Origin: an uncultured Gammaproteobacteria bacterium
GTDB taxonomy: Bacteria; Pseudomonadota; Gammaproteobacteria; Nevskiales; Nevskiaceae
Reading direction: 5' to 3'
Length of the DNA: 64,000 bases
Assembly: GCA_963776465.1 (NCBI GenBank)
Contig: CAVZMV010000002.1
Coordinates: 1,350,498-1,414,497 of the forward strand
Shown here: positions 45,593 through 54,322 of the stretch, piece after piece
How positions within the stretch are numbered: position 1 is the stretch's first letter
Layout of the letters: every line of letters starts with the position of its first letter
Position numbers and translations under genes: made by a program
Notes under the pieces: generated by a model
What the model was told of the DNA's origin: nothing
What the model saw: the letters and a program-made list of their open reading frames with translations, nothing else
Database searches by the model: none

Positions 45593-45832
45593 CTACCAGT
45601 AGTAAACGTGCGGCTTGCGGTTTCCCAACGGAAACGCCATTCCATCCGGATCGTCGCCCTTCATGATGCGAATGCAGGCGACCGTGTTCTCGCGGCGTCG
45701 GGGCCTGCTCATATGCAGCTTTCGCCACCACTTGGGCGTTCCGCGGGGGAATGGCACGCCGGAGGAACGGTGGTAGCTACGCAGTAGCTTCCCGTCCGTC
45801 CCGCGGTCGGAATGCTGATTCATGTTGGACAT
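45593..45832 (-). CDS. small hypothetical protein (79 aa)
   Basis: It is a basic ORF (PKWWRKLHMSRPRRREN...KPHVYYW). I recognised no family with confidence. Confidence 0.4.
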   Translation of the reverse strand: MSNMNQHSDRGTDGKLLRSYHRSSGVPFPRGTPKWWRKLHMSRPRRRENTVACIRIMKGDDPDGMAFPLGNRKPHVYYW

Positions 45833-45918
45833 CGCCTATCTCCAGTGAAGGATCTAGGAAGATGTCCAGCTCAAAGTAGTGGGCGAAGGCCATGTTCGTG
45901 CTCGAATGCGCGGGCATT

Positions 45919-46323
45919 CTAGTTCGAGAACGGATTGCGCACCGTAAGTTTGTTCTGAACGCGCAGTCCATTCTGCAGATCCTCGGAGTACAGCACGCTG
46001 GCTCCGGAAAGCAGCGCCGCTGTGGCAATCATGGCGTCGTAAACCGACAGGCCGTAGCGCATGGCCAGCGCCCTGCCGGTGTCGTGTGTTTCTTCTGTCA
46101 TGGCCTCGACCGTACACGTGGCCCTAACCACGTCGAGGACCTCGGCGACTTCCGCCCATGACATCCTCAGCTTGCGGATGGCGATGGAGGCAAACTCGTT
46201 GAGGACCTGGACGCTGATGATTCCGCCACCAGCAAGCACCTGCTCGGCGCGATCTGCTTTCGCGGCATCTGCGGACAGCAGGTAGAGCAGCACGTTGGTG
46301 TCGATGAAGGCCTTATCGCTCAT
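45919..46323 (-). CDS. vapC: PIN-domain toxin
   Basis: FIDTNVLLYL, the NEF motif and YDAMIATAA provide the PIN acidic residues. Confidence 0.85.
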   Translation of the reverse strand: MSDKAFIDTNVLLYLLSADAAKADRAEQVLAGGGIISVQVLNEFASIAIRKLRMSWAEVAEVLDVVRATCTVEAMTEETHDTGRALAMRYGLSVYDAMIATAALLSGASVLYSEDLQNGLRVQNKLTVRNPFSN

Positions 46324-46543
46324 TAGCCTCGAGCCGATCGAATTTGAAGCCCTTCGGTAGGCGACCCCGGTACTTCCTTAACCGGGCAAGGAGTTCCTTC
46401 GATCCCGCAGCCTTCCTGACGCCCAGGCTACGGGCACCGTCCACGTGCAGCTCGATGTCGTCCTCTTCCTTCAACTGCAACGCCTCGACGACGTTAGCGG
46501 GCAACCGGACGGCCAGGCTGTTTCCCCACTTGGCGACTTTCAT
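46313..46543 (-). CDS. vapB: AbrB/SpoVT-type antitoxin
   Basis: It begins MKVAKWGNSLAVRLP. The start was moved to ATG 46543. It overlaps vapC by 11 nt. Confidence 0.8.
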   Translation of the reverse strand: MKVAKWGNSLAVRLPANVVEALQLKEEDDIELHVDGARSLGVRKAAGSKELLARLRKYRGRLPKGFKFDRLEANER

Positions 46544-46556
46544 GGAATACCTCAAA

Positions 46557-46582
46557 GATATACACGACAACCACTGTATATC
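46557..46582. promoter_or_regulatory. inverted repeat upstream of vapB, candidate operator
   Basis: GATATACA, a 10-nt spacer, then TGTATATC, 14 nt upstream of the vapB start. Confidence 0.4.
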
Positions 46583-46650
46583 CTATCGGATCATCCCGAT
46601 CCTCGCGATGCTAAGCTCTCGGTGGCTCATCCGATGAGCCCGAGCTCTCA

Positions 46651-47673
46651 ATGGACCGCACCGAACGCTTCTACAAGATCGAGCGCCTGCTGCGCCAGCG
46701 GCGCGTGGTGCCGATCGAGGATCTCTTGAAGGAGCTGGAGGTCTCGCGCGCGACGTTCAAGCGCGACCTCGAATACCTGCGCGACCGCTTCGGCTCGCCG
46801 ATCATCTGGGACGCGGATCAGCGCGGCTATCGCTTCGAGCACGAGCCGGCCGACACGCGTTCGGCGCTGCCAGGGTTCTGGCTGTCGGGCAACGAGGTGC
46901 AGGCGCTGCTGGCGCTGGAGCATCTGATCGAGTCGATGGAGCCGGGCCTTTTGTCCGCGAGCCTTGCGCCGCTCAAGCAGCGCCTGGAGCAGCTGCTCGC
47001 GGAGGGCGGGGCGTCGACCCGGCAGATCCGCAAGCGCGTGCGGCTGCTGCAGATGGGCGCGCGCCCGGTGTCGCCGCCGCACTTCTCCACCGTCGCCAAC
47101 GCGTTGCTCAGCCGCCGCCAGCTGCAGATTGTCTATCTCGTGCGCGAGCGCAACGAGCGCACCGAGCGCGCGGTGTCGCCGCAGCGCCTGGTCCACTACC
47201 GGGACAACTGGTATCTGGACGCGTGGTGCCATCTGCGCAAGGGGCTGCGCAGCTTCGCGCTCGACGCGATGGAATCGGCCGAGCAGTTGACCGAGCGCGC
47301 CAAGGACGTCGATGAAGCCGAGCTCGACAAGACCCTCGGCGCCGGCTACGGCATCTTCAGCGGCGAGGCCGCGAACAAGGCGCGGCTGCGCTTCTCGGCG
47401 CAGCGCGCGCGATGGGTGTCCAAGGAGCGCTGGCACCCGCAGCAGGTCGGCACCTTCGACGAAGAGGGGCGCTACCTGCTCGAGTTTCCTTATGGCGACG
47501 CGCGCGAGCTCGTCATGGACATCCTTCGCCACGGTCCGGAGGTGGAGGCGCTGGGGCCGGCGGCGTTGCGCAAGGCGGTGGTGGAGCAGTTGGAGCGGGC
47601 TCTTAAGCAGGTACTCGTAGGAGGAGCTGTTAGCCCCGACAGGGCGGTCAATATTTGTAGGAGGGGCTGTTAG
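46651..47673 (+). CDS. HTH plus WYL-domain transcriptional regulator
   Basis: It has an N-terminal wHTH (LLKELEVSRATFKRDLEYL) and a WYL core (VHYRDNWYLDAWC). The last ~20 codons and the stop are REP sequence. Confidence 0.8.
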   Translation: MDRTERFYKIERLLRQRRVVPIEDLLKELEVSRATFKRDLEYLRDRFGSPIIWDADQRGYRFEHEPADTRSALPGFWLSGNEVQALLALEHLIESMEPGLLSASLAPLKQRLEQLLAEGGASTRQIRKRVRLLQMGARPVSPPHFSTVANALLSRRQLQIVYLVRERNERTERAVSPQRLVHYRDNWYLDAWCHLRKGLRSFALDAMESAEQLTERAKDVDEAELDKTLGAGYGIFSGEAANKARLRFSAQRARWVSKERWHPQQVGTFDEEGRYLLEFPYGDARELVMDILRHGPEVEALGPAALRKAVVEQLERALKQVLVGGAVSPDRAVNICRRGC

Positions 47674-47706
47674 CCCCGACAGGTCGCGGCCAATGGCCGC
47701 TCCTAC
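47617..47706. repeat. REP family A cluster (3 units: forward, forward, reverse)
   Basis: Units are at 47617-47640, 47657-47680 and 47683-47706. Confidence 0.9.
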
Positions 47707-47757
47707 AAAAGGCGTACAGGCTCACCCCCTGAGCCACCGCCCCCTCAAGCTACCCCC

Positions 47758-48066
47758 ATGTCAGCGCACGCACTCCAACTGGTCGTCAACCGGGCTTGCT
47801 CTCCCCAGCCCGTAGCCCGGGACCACGTTGCCGCGGATGCGCTGACACCTTCTGCCTGGCAGGGCATCCATCACCGGTTGCTCAAGGCCCGAAACGCACG
47901 GTCGGATACGACCATCCCGCCCCCGCCGCGTCCGCCAGCCCTCTCCAGCTGGTGGACCGGCGGCGAGTGGCATCGCCGCGATCAATGGCTGGCGACGGCG
48001 GAGTGGGCGCACCGGTTTGGGTTTGAAGCGTTGCTGGTCCAACTGCTGGATGGACCACCGGTGTGA
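47758..48066 (+). CDS. doubtful hypothetical ORF (102 aa)
   Basis: It has only an open frame and moderate GC3. I recognised no motifs. Confidence 0.2.
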   Translation: MSAHALQLVVNRACSPQPVARDHVAADALTPSAWQGIHHRLLKARNARSDTTIPPPPRPPALSSWWTGGEWHRRDQWLATAEWAHRFGFEALLVQLLDGPPV

Positions 48067-48076
48067 CCATTGCCTA

Positions 48077-48116
48077 AGTCCCAATCTGGGACTAACCTAG
48101 TCCCGCTATGGGACTA
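48077..48116. promoter_or_regulatory. two adjacent palindromes with half-site AGTCCC, candidate HigA operators
   Basis: AGTCCCA atc TGGGACT (48077-48093) and TAGTCCC gctat GGGACTA (48098-48116). They end 10 nt before the higB ATG. Confidence 0.5.
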
Positions 48117-48126
48117 AATCTGCCAA

Positions 48127-48429
48127 ATGCGAGTTATCGCAGTTTCGACGCTGAAGGCCTTCTGGACCGGCCGCTCCCAGTTCCGGGACGCCGAGGGTCC
48201 AACCCTCTCGTGGTATCGCGACGTCCTTCGAGCCGATTGGGCGAAGCCCACCGACGTGAAGCGCCAATTCGGCAATGCGAGCGTCCTCCGGGACGGTCGC
48301 GTGGTATTCAACATTGGCGGCAACAAATATCGCATCGTCGTCTGGGTCAACTATCCCTATCGCATCGTCTACATCCGCTTTATTGGCACGCATGAACAAT
48401 ACGACGCCATCGATGCTCAAACGATTTGA
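48127..48429 (+). CDS. higB: HigB-type mRNA interferase toxin
   Basis: MRVIAVSTLKAFW, FNIGGNKYRIV and YIRFIGTHEQYD match the family pattern. Confidence 0.85.
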   Translation: MRVIAVSTLKAFWTGRSQFRDAEGPTLSWYRDVLRADWAKPTDVKRQFGNASVLRDGRVVFNIGGNKYRIVVWVNYPYRIVYIRFIGTHEQYDAIDAQTI

Positions 48430-48438
48430 AGGATTCGC

Positions 48439-48819
48439 ATGAACATCAGCCCTATCAAGACAAAGGCCCACTACCGCACCGCTCTCAAAGAGATCGAGTC
48501 GCTGATGGGCGCCAAAGCAGATACACCCGAGGGTGACCGACTGGACGTGCTTGCGACGTTGATCGAGGCCTATGAGCGCAAGCACTTTCCGATGGACTTG
48601 CCGGATGCCGTGGAAGCCATCAATTTCCGGATGGAGCAACAAGGTCTAACCGCGAAGGATCTGGAGCCGATGATCGGACGCAGCAATCGTGTCTACGAAG
48701 TGCTTAACCGCAAGCGGCCGTTGACGCTGCGAATGATTGAAGGCCTTCACCGTCAGCTGGGCATTCCGGCTGAGAGCCTTCTTAAACAGCGGCGGTCCAA
48801 GGATGTGTCGCCTCGTTAA
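48439..48819 (+). CDS. higA: HigA-type HTH antitoxin
   Basis: IKTKAHYRTALKEIESLM and LTAKDLEPMIGRSNRVYEVLNRKRPLTLRMI are present. Confidence 0.85.
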   Translation: MNISPIKTKAHYRTALKEIESLMGAKADTPEGDRLDVLATLIEAYERKHFPMDLPDAVEAINFRMEQQGLTAKDLEPMIGRSNRVYEVLNRKRPLTLRMIEGLHRQLGIPAESLLKQRRSKDVSPR

Positions 48820-48834
48820 GCGCAGCACCACGCT

Positions 48835-50175
48835 CTAGAACTGGAGCTTCTTCAAAAGAGCGTCGTAGGCCTCGCGCACCTGCGCGTCGCCATCTCGAAG
48901 CTCCCGAACCTTTTTGCACGCGTGCATCACGGTCGTGTGGTCCTTGCCGAAGGCGCGGCCGATTTCCGGCAGGCTGTGCTGGGTGAGCTCTTTCGCCAGC
49001 GCCATGGCGACCTGCCGCGGGCGGGCCAGCGAGCGCGACCGTGCCTTGGAGCCGAGATCGGCGACGCGGATGGCGTAGTGCTCGGCGACCTTCGTCATGA
49101 TGCGATCGATTGTAAGCACCTGGTCGTATGCAGCCACCATGCCCTTCAGCGCGGCGCGCGCGACGTCGATGGTCACAGGCTCTCGCGTGAAGAGGACAGA
49201 GGCGCTCAGCGTGTTCAGAGCGCCTTCGAGCTGGCGCACCTGATTTCGCAGGCGCTGCGCGATGAAGAGCGCGACCTCGTCCGGAAGGTCGAGATTCATC
49301 TGCCTGGCCTTGGCTTGCAGGATCGCGATACGGGTTTCCTGGTCGGGCGGCTCGATTGAAACCGTAAGACCGGATGAGAAACGCGACTTCAGCTTGTCAT
49401 CCAGTCCGTCGAGCTCCGCGGGGAAACGATCTGACGTCAGGACCACTTGCCGGCGGCCGTCAACCAAGGCATTGAAGGTATGGAACAGCTCTTCCTGCGT
49501 GCTCTGCTTGCCGACCAGGAAGTGGACGTCGTCGAGCAGCAGCAGATCCAGGTTCCGATAGTGATGCTTGAACGCGTCCTGGCGATTGCTGCGGATCGCC
49601 GCGACGAACTGGTTCAGCCATTGCTCGGCGCCGATGAGGGCCACCCGGGCCCGTGGTTGCGACGCCACGATCGCGTTGCCGATCGCGTGCATCAGGTGCG
49701 TCTTGCCCAGGCCCGATCCTGCGTAGATAAACAATGGGTTATAGGTCCCGAGGGAATCGGCCACGTGCTGTGCGGCAGCGCGCGCCCGCTGGTTGGTCTT
49801 GCCCTCGATGTAATTGGCAAAGGTCAGATGTGGACGAAGCGGGCTCGTCTGCATCGGCGGCCGTGTGTCCGGCTGATCGGAAGGCGACGTGGCCACAGAT
49901 TCCGTGGCGGTGATCGCAGCTGCACTCGCCGATCCGACAACGATGTCTGCGGTCAGGTCGGGCTCGCCGCCCTGGTGGAGCGCACGCTGGATTTCCGGGA
50001 GCCAGTTGTTACGGACGCGCTCCATGACCGTGCGATTCGGTGCGAGCAACAGCAGTCGGCGGCCGGACAAGCGCGGCTGTAGCGGGCGCATCCAGGTGTT
50101 GAGCTCCTGGTCCGTGAGCCGGCCCTCGAGCCGACGAATGCACTGGGCCCAGAATTGATCTGCGCTGATGGTCAC
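48835..50175 (-). CDS. dnaA: chromosomal replication initiator protein DnaA (full length, four domains)
   Basis: It is colinear with E. coli DnaA: FWAQCIRRLEGRLTDQELNTWMRPLQ, FANYIEGKTNQ, the GLGKTHL motif, LLLDDVHF, the RFSSGLTVSIEPP motif, RPRQVAMALAKELTQHSLPEIG and the DHTTVMHA motif. Confidence 0.9.
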   Translation of the reverse strand: MTISADQFWAQCIRRLEGRLTDQELNTWMRPLQPRLSGRRLLLLAPNRTVMERVRNNWLPEIQRALHQGGEPDLTADIVVGSASAAAITATESVATSPSDQPDTRPPMQTSPLRPHLTFANYIEGKTNQRARAAAQHVADSLGTYNPLFIYAGSGLGKTHLMHAIGNAIVASQPRARVALIGAEQWLNQFVAAIRSNRQDAFKHHYRNLDLLLLDDVHFLVGKQSTQEELFHTFNALVDGRRQVVLTSDRFPAELDGLDDKLKSRFSSGLTVSIEPPDQETRIAILQAKARQMNLDLPDEVALFIAQRLRNQVRQLEGALNTLSASVLFTREPVTIDVARAALKGMVAAYDQVLTIDRIMTKVAEHYAIRVADLGSKARSRSLARPRQVAMALAKELTQHSLPEIGRAFGKDHTTVMHACKKVRELRDGDAQVREAYDALLKKLQF

Positions 50176-50261
50176 GGCAAAGGAGGGCGAGCGGAGACAG
50201 GAAATGCGAGCGCGACATTCTGACGCCGGAAGCGCTCGAGAGGTGAACCATTTTTCACCAT

Positions 50262-50290
50262 TTGATACTGGTGGTATGACGCGACGTCAA
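50262..50290 (-). promoter_or_regulatory. candidate sigma70 promoter for dnaA
   Basis: On the minus strand it reads TTGACG, a 17-nt spacer, then TATCAA, about 87 nt upstream of the dnaA ATG. Confidence 0.35.
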
Positions 50291-50295
50291 AACTG

Positions 50296-50317
50296 GATTC
50301 CCGCCTCCGCGGGAATC
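50296..50317 (-). terminator. hairpin after the 843-aa gene
   Basis: GATTCCCGC ctcc GCGGGAATC starts 5 nt after the stop and is followed on the minus strand by CAGTTTTGA. Confidence 0.5.
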
Positions 50318-50321
50318 ACGA

Positions 50322-52838
50322 TCACTCCGGCGGCATCACAGGCGCCCCACCATCAACCCCCGGACACGGCGCGCCATCGAACTCGACGGCGTTGATGTCG
50401 ATGAGCTTGCCGCCGTCGCGCAGGAAGTGCGCCTTCTGGCAGCGGCCTGAGAATTTCTTCGCCGAGTCATCGTGCGGATCACGGTCCAAAGGTTCTTCCG
50501 GCCGCGGCGGGACGTTCTCGATCGGCGGGATTGCGGTGCGCTCGTCGTCCCACACGATCAGCGCGCCGCCGGAATTCTGCGCCGGATCGGCGTAGTTCAG
50601 CGGCTCGAGGCCGAAGCCGCGCACGACGTCGGGCTGTCGCTGACCGGTGCCGAGCTTCTGCGCCACGCGGTCGCTCTGCGAGTAATCCACCGGGATGCCC
50701 ATGGTCCGCGCCATCACTTCGGCGGACCACTCGGTCACCTGCTGGTCGCCGAAGTTGGGATCGAGCTTGACGATCTTGGGTGTGCCGCCGAATGCGGAGT
50801 TGTCGGTCAGGTGGTGCGCGTAGCCGTCGTTCTCGGAGCGGTCCCACATCATCTGCATCAGGGAATAGAGCAGCTGGCGGTCGATCGGGTCCTGGTAGGC
50901 GGCGTAGAAGAAGATCGCGAACTGGTCGTAGTCCTTGCTGCGGTTGAGCAGGGTCGAGTAGTTCATGCCCAGCGATCCGAGCGCGCCGCGCTCGATGTCC
51001 TGGTCGGCCGCCATCACCACGCCGCCCAGGATGCCGCCCTGCGAGTTGCCGTCGTAGAACACGTGGCTGCGGTCGAACACCGGCCGCCCGTCGATCTGGA
51101 ACTCCGGATGCGACGCGAAGCCCTGCGGATGCAGCAGCAGCCGCGCCAGGTACATGAAGTTGACGAAACCCTGCTGCGATCCGTCCGGCACCACCGGGAA
51201 GAACGAGGCGTCGGCCAGCGAGATGAGCACGTTGCCGATGTCGCCGGTGGCGAAGCCGAAGAAGTCGACCGCGCAGAACAGGTAGTTGAACTCGCGCGAG
51301 AGGTCGGGCACGGCGTCGTAGTTCACGGCGGCGCGCGAGTCGAGCAGGCCGTGGCCGTAGATGCCGGGCAGCGCCGGGTTGTCGGGCGTGGCCTGCGCCG
51401 GGATCTGGCAGAGGAAGCGCGTGGTCATCGTGCCCAGGAACGGGATGCGATCCGGCAGGCCGTCGCCGTAGCGGATGCCCAGCGGGTCGTCGAGGTTGCT
51501 CGGATCGCCGGTGCCGCCGGTCGGCAGGTAGAACAGGCGATTGGGTGGCGCGCTGGCGCTGCCGCCGATCGCAGCCGCAGTCTCGAGCAGATCGCAGGCG
51601 TCGCCCCCGGCATCGCCCAGCTGCGCGCACACCGTCGCGACGAGCTGGCCGATCGGCACGGCTTCCGCCGGCGAAGGATCCGCGGGCACCACGTAGCTCG
51701 GCACGGTGATCGTGCCTTCGATGCGCTTGACGATGCCTTCGCGCGGATCGGCGCTGACGTTGTCGACGGTGAACTGCGGCGCAGCGCAGCGCGCGCTGTC
51801 GCTATGACGCAGGCAGGTCTCGTTCTCGCCGGTGGCCAGCGCCGCGAAAGCGTCGTCGCGCATGTGGCGCAGGCGTCCGACCTGGCTCTGCGTGCTGAGC
51901 ACGGTGAAGTCCCAGGCCAGGTACACGTTGCTGTCGCGCTCGATGCCGGCAGCCTCGAGCACGGGGAAGACATTGGCCTCGAGCTCCGAGCAGCGCTGGA
52001 TCACCGCGGGCAGCGCGGAGCTGAAGCGATCGCGGCAGGCGCGGAAGCCGGGCTGCGCGATCAGGCGCTCGCCGTTGCCGTCCTTGAGATTGCGCAGCAC
52101 CACCACGTAGCGCTTGCCCTCGTTGAAGTTCTTCATGGGGCGAATGAGAAGCGCGGCGCGACCGTTCGGATTGGGCAGCTCGAACGCCGGCGTCGGGATG
52201 CCCTGGAATTCGCCGCTGGAGGCGAGCAGTACGTTGGCGTTGGCGTCGATCTCGCTGAAGACCAGGTGCTTCGTCGGAGCGACGAGCGGATCGTCGGAGA
52301 CTTCCAGCACCATGATCGGTGCATCCGCTTCGAGCGAGAGCGCGGGATTGACGATGCCGATCTGCTCCGGCGGCAGGCCGTGCGTCTCGGTGAGAGAGAG
52401 GTCCGGCACGTAGGTCACGATCAGGGCGCCGGGTGAGAAGCCGTCGTTGCGGTTCCATTCCGCCGGGTCCATCGGCTTGCCGAGCACGTTCTTCGGCGTG
52501 GCGGTGATGCGCATGTTGACGCGCCGTCCGGTACCGCCGCGCTCCTTGGACTGGATGCTGCCGGCCGCGGCCGGCACGGTGAAGTGATCGTTGGGGAACG
52601 GCAACAGGCAGTTGGAGGTGTCGAGCAGATCGCAGCCGTTGACCAGCGCCGTCAGCGAACCGGCCGCGAGCTCGGCGTCGGAAGGCGCAGGGTCGGGCGG
52701 CGGCGGCTCGGTGTCGGGCGGGTCACCACCACCGGTCGGCGGAGGGTTGGAAACGGGGCCGGAGCCACCGATCGGATTGCTGTCGCCGCAGGCGGCGACA
52801 AAGCAGGCAAGGAGTGCAGCGAGGAGGAAGCGGGGCAT
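50322..52838 (-). CDS. large secreted lipoprotein with a possible alpha/beta-hydrolase nucleophile motif
   Basis: The start was moved to ATG 52838 (MPRFLLAALLACFVAACG lipobox). It has a P-rich linker and YDGNSQGG (GxSxG-like). I recognised no family with confidence. Confidence 0.6.
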   Translation of the reverse strand: MPRFLLAALLACFVAACGDSNPIGGSGPVSNPPPTGGGDPPDTEPPPPDPAPSDAELAAGSLTALVNGCDLLDTSNCLLPFPNDHFTVPAAAGSIQSKERGGTGRRVNMRITATPKNVLGKPMDPAEWNRNDGFSPGALIVTYVPDLSLTETHGLPPEQIGIVNPALSLEADAPIMVLEVSDDPLVAPTKHLVFSEIDANANVLLASSGEFQGIPTPAFELPNPNGRAALLIRPMKNFNEGKRYVVVLRNLKDGNGERLIAQPGFRACRDRFSSALPAVIQRCSELEANVFPVLEAAGIERDSNVYLAWDFTVLSTQSQVGRLRHMRDDAFAALATGENETCLRHSDSARCAAPQFTVDNVSADPREGIVKRIEGTITVPSYVVPADPSPAEAVPIGQLVATVCAQLGDAGGDACDLLETAAAIGGSASAPPNRLFYLPTGGTGDPSNLDDPLGIRYGDGLPDRIPFLGTMTTRFLCQIPAQATPDNPALPGIYGHGLLDSRAAVNYDAVPDLSREFNYLFCAVDFFGFATGDIGNVLISLADASFFPVVPDGSQQGFVNFMYLARLLLHPQGFASHPEFQIDGRPVFDRSHVFYDGNSQGGILGGVVMAADQDIERGALGSLGMNYSTLLNRSKDYDQFAIFFYAAYQDPIDRQLLYSLMQMMWDRSENDGYAHHLTDNSAFGGTPKIVKLDPNFGDQQVTEWSAEVMARTMGIPVDYSQSDRVAQKLGTGQRQPDVVRGFGLEPLNYADPAQNSGGALIVWDDERTAIPPIENVPPRPEEPLDRDPHDDSAKKFSGRCQKAHFLRDGGKLIDINAVEFDGAPCPGVDGGAPVMPPE

Positions 52839-52853
52839 GCCGCCAGTGTACAT

Positions 52854-52916
52854 GTAGGAGGGGCTTCAGCCCCGACCACTCCCACAAACAATCGCGGCGG
52901 CCGAAGCCGCCGCGAT
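52854..52916. repeat. REP family A unit plus a related GC hairpin
   Basis: GTAGGAGGGGCTTCAGCCCCGAC (52854-52876) and ATCGCGGCGGC cgaa GCCGCCGCGAT (52891-52916). Confidence 0.8.
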
Positions 52917-52932
52917 CATCACAAACGCTGGT

Positions 52933-53679
52933 TCAGGGTGCGTTTTCGATCTTGTGGCTCTGGCCCAGGCCATCGAGCACCAGCAAGGCGTAGGTTCCCG
53001 TCGTGGCGTTATTGATCAGCGCGAACTGCTGCGCCGATGCCGCCGGCAACGAGATGGTGCCGCTGTCGAACAGCACGATGCCCGGCACGCCCTGGCCCGT
53101 GACGCGGATGCGGTAGGAGTTACCCGGCGTGAAGCTCTGCTGCGTGCTCGAATCCTTGAAATCGACCGTCGCCGTCGCGGCGCTGATCGGATCGGCAGGG
53201 GCGGTGAGGAAGAAGTCGACCGGCGTCGGGTGATCCTTGGCCGCGTGGACGAACTGCACTTCGGACTGGCTGTTGTTCAGCTCGTTGTCGTCCGAGATGA
53301 CCTCGAAGGCTTCCTGCGAGCCGTTGCCGATGCGGCCGACGGCATAGACGACGGTGACATGGTCGTCGTCGACGTTGGTCGGATCCAGCGTGAAGCTCAC
53401 GTCGCTGTTGTTGCCCGTGTTGGTGGTCAGGTTGATGCGGTAGTTGCCCTCGGCAACGTCACGCTCGCCGCTGGCGGTGCCAAAGGCGATGTTGTCGATG
53501 TTGGAGGGGATGCCCTCGATCTCGGCGTCGATCGGGTTGGAATCGGGGACGGCGTTGGCCACACGAAGCACGCCCGAAGGCAGCACGTCGTTGATCGGGT
53601 TGTCGTTTCCTCCGCAGGCCGAAAGGCCAACGGCTGCAACGGCGGCTAGAAGCAGGGGGAATTTCTTGTATGAGCGCAT
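52933..53679 (-). CDS. DUF4397-like lipoprotein
   Basis: The start was moved to ATG 53679 (lipobox GLSACGG). It has repeated beta-rich modules (LRVANAVPDS, VQFVHAAKD). Confidence 0.6.
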   Translation of the reverse strand: MRSYKKFPLLLAAVAAVGLSACGGNDNPINDVLPSGVLRVANAVPDSNPIDAEIEGIPSNIDNIAFGTASGERDVAEGNYRINLTTNTGNNSDVSFTLDPTNVDDDHVTVVYAVGRIGNGSQEAFEVISDDNELNNSQSEVQFVHAAKDHPTPVDFFLTAPADPISAATATVDFKDSSTQQSFTPGNSYRIRVTGQGVPGIVLFDSGTISLPAASAQQFALINNATTGTYALLVLDGLGQSHKIENAP

Positions 53680-53767
53680 GGGTATCTCCGGGTTTCGTCG
53701 GCTAGTTACCCGGACCTTACGCGGCTGTACGCTCGCGGACCGTCCGCTATCGCACATACGAGGAGAT

Positions 53768-54250
53768 CTAATCCCGGAAATTCTCGAATTGCACCGGGAC
53801 TTCCAGCTCCGCCTTGCGCAGCAGGGCGATCACCGTCTGCAGGTCGTCGCGCTTCTTGCCCGTCACCCGCAGCTTGTCGCCGGTGATCGAGGCATCGACC
53901 TTGATCTTGGATTCCTTGATCTTGGCGATGATCTTCTTGGCCTGCACCTGCTCGATGCCCTGCTTGATCGTCACCGTCTGGCGCGCGCCGGCGAGGTTGG
54001 TCAGCACCTCGCCCAGCTCTAGCGCCTTGAGGTCGATGTGCCGCGTGGCGAGGCGCTTGCGCAGCATGTCCAGCAGCTGGCCCAGCTGATGCTCGCTGGG
54101 CGCGGTCATGGTGATGACGAACTCGGCGCGCTCGAAGGCCGCGTTGGTACCGCGCAGGTCGTAGCGGTTCTCGAGATCACGCACCGCCTGGTTGAAGGCG
54201 TTGTCGAGCTCGTGCTTGTCGACCTGGGACACGACGTCGAAGGAGGGCAT
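53768..54250 (-). CDS. yajQ: YajQ-family nucleotide (c-di-GMP) binding protein
   Basis: MPSFDVVSQVDKHELDNA and the terminal FENFRD match along the full length. Confidence 0.9.
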   Translation of the reverse strand: MPSFDVVSQVDKHELDNAFNQAVRDLENRYDLRGTNAAFERAEFVITMTAPSEHQLGQLLDMLRKRLATRHIDLKALELGEVLTNLAGARQTVTIKQGIEQVQAKKIIAKIKESKIKVDASITGDKLRVTGKKRDDLQTVIALLRKAELEVPVQFENFRD

Positions 54251-54322
54251 GTGGCTATTTTACGTGGTTCGACAGGCTCACCACGAACGGAGGTCCGTTC
54301 GCCCTGAGCTTGTCGAAGGGCG

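Noticed and set aside
47617-47706. Clusters of 24-nt repeats, also at 61412-61499, that might be mistaken for a small CRISPR array.
   Set aside because: The units are in mixed orientation, the spacers are only 2-18 nt, the same unit is scattered singly and in doublets across the window, and there are no cas genes. They are REP/REPIN-type elements.
47758-48066. A 102-aa ORF between the REP cluster and higB, as a real gene.
   Set aside because: It has no motif, no convincing RBS and no family resemblance. I kept it only as a very low-confidence feature.
33548-48830. The accessory region as a mobile genomic island or prophage.
   Set aside because: I could find no integrase, transposase, tRNA attachment site or flanking direct repeats. 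A core-like deaD gene also splits the region. It is best described as defence/TA islets, and mobility is unsupported.
50242-50259. The GGTGAA-N6-TTCACC palindrome in the dnaA leader, as a DnaA or repressor operator.
   Set aside because: It does not resemble a DnaA box and no cognate regulator can be inferred. I mention it only within the dnaA finding.
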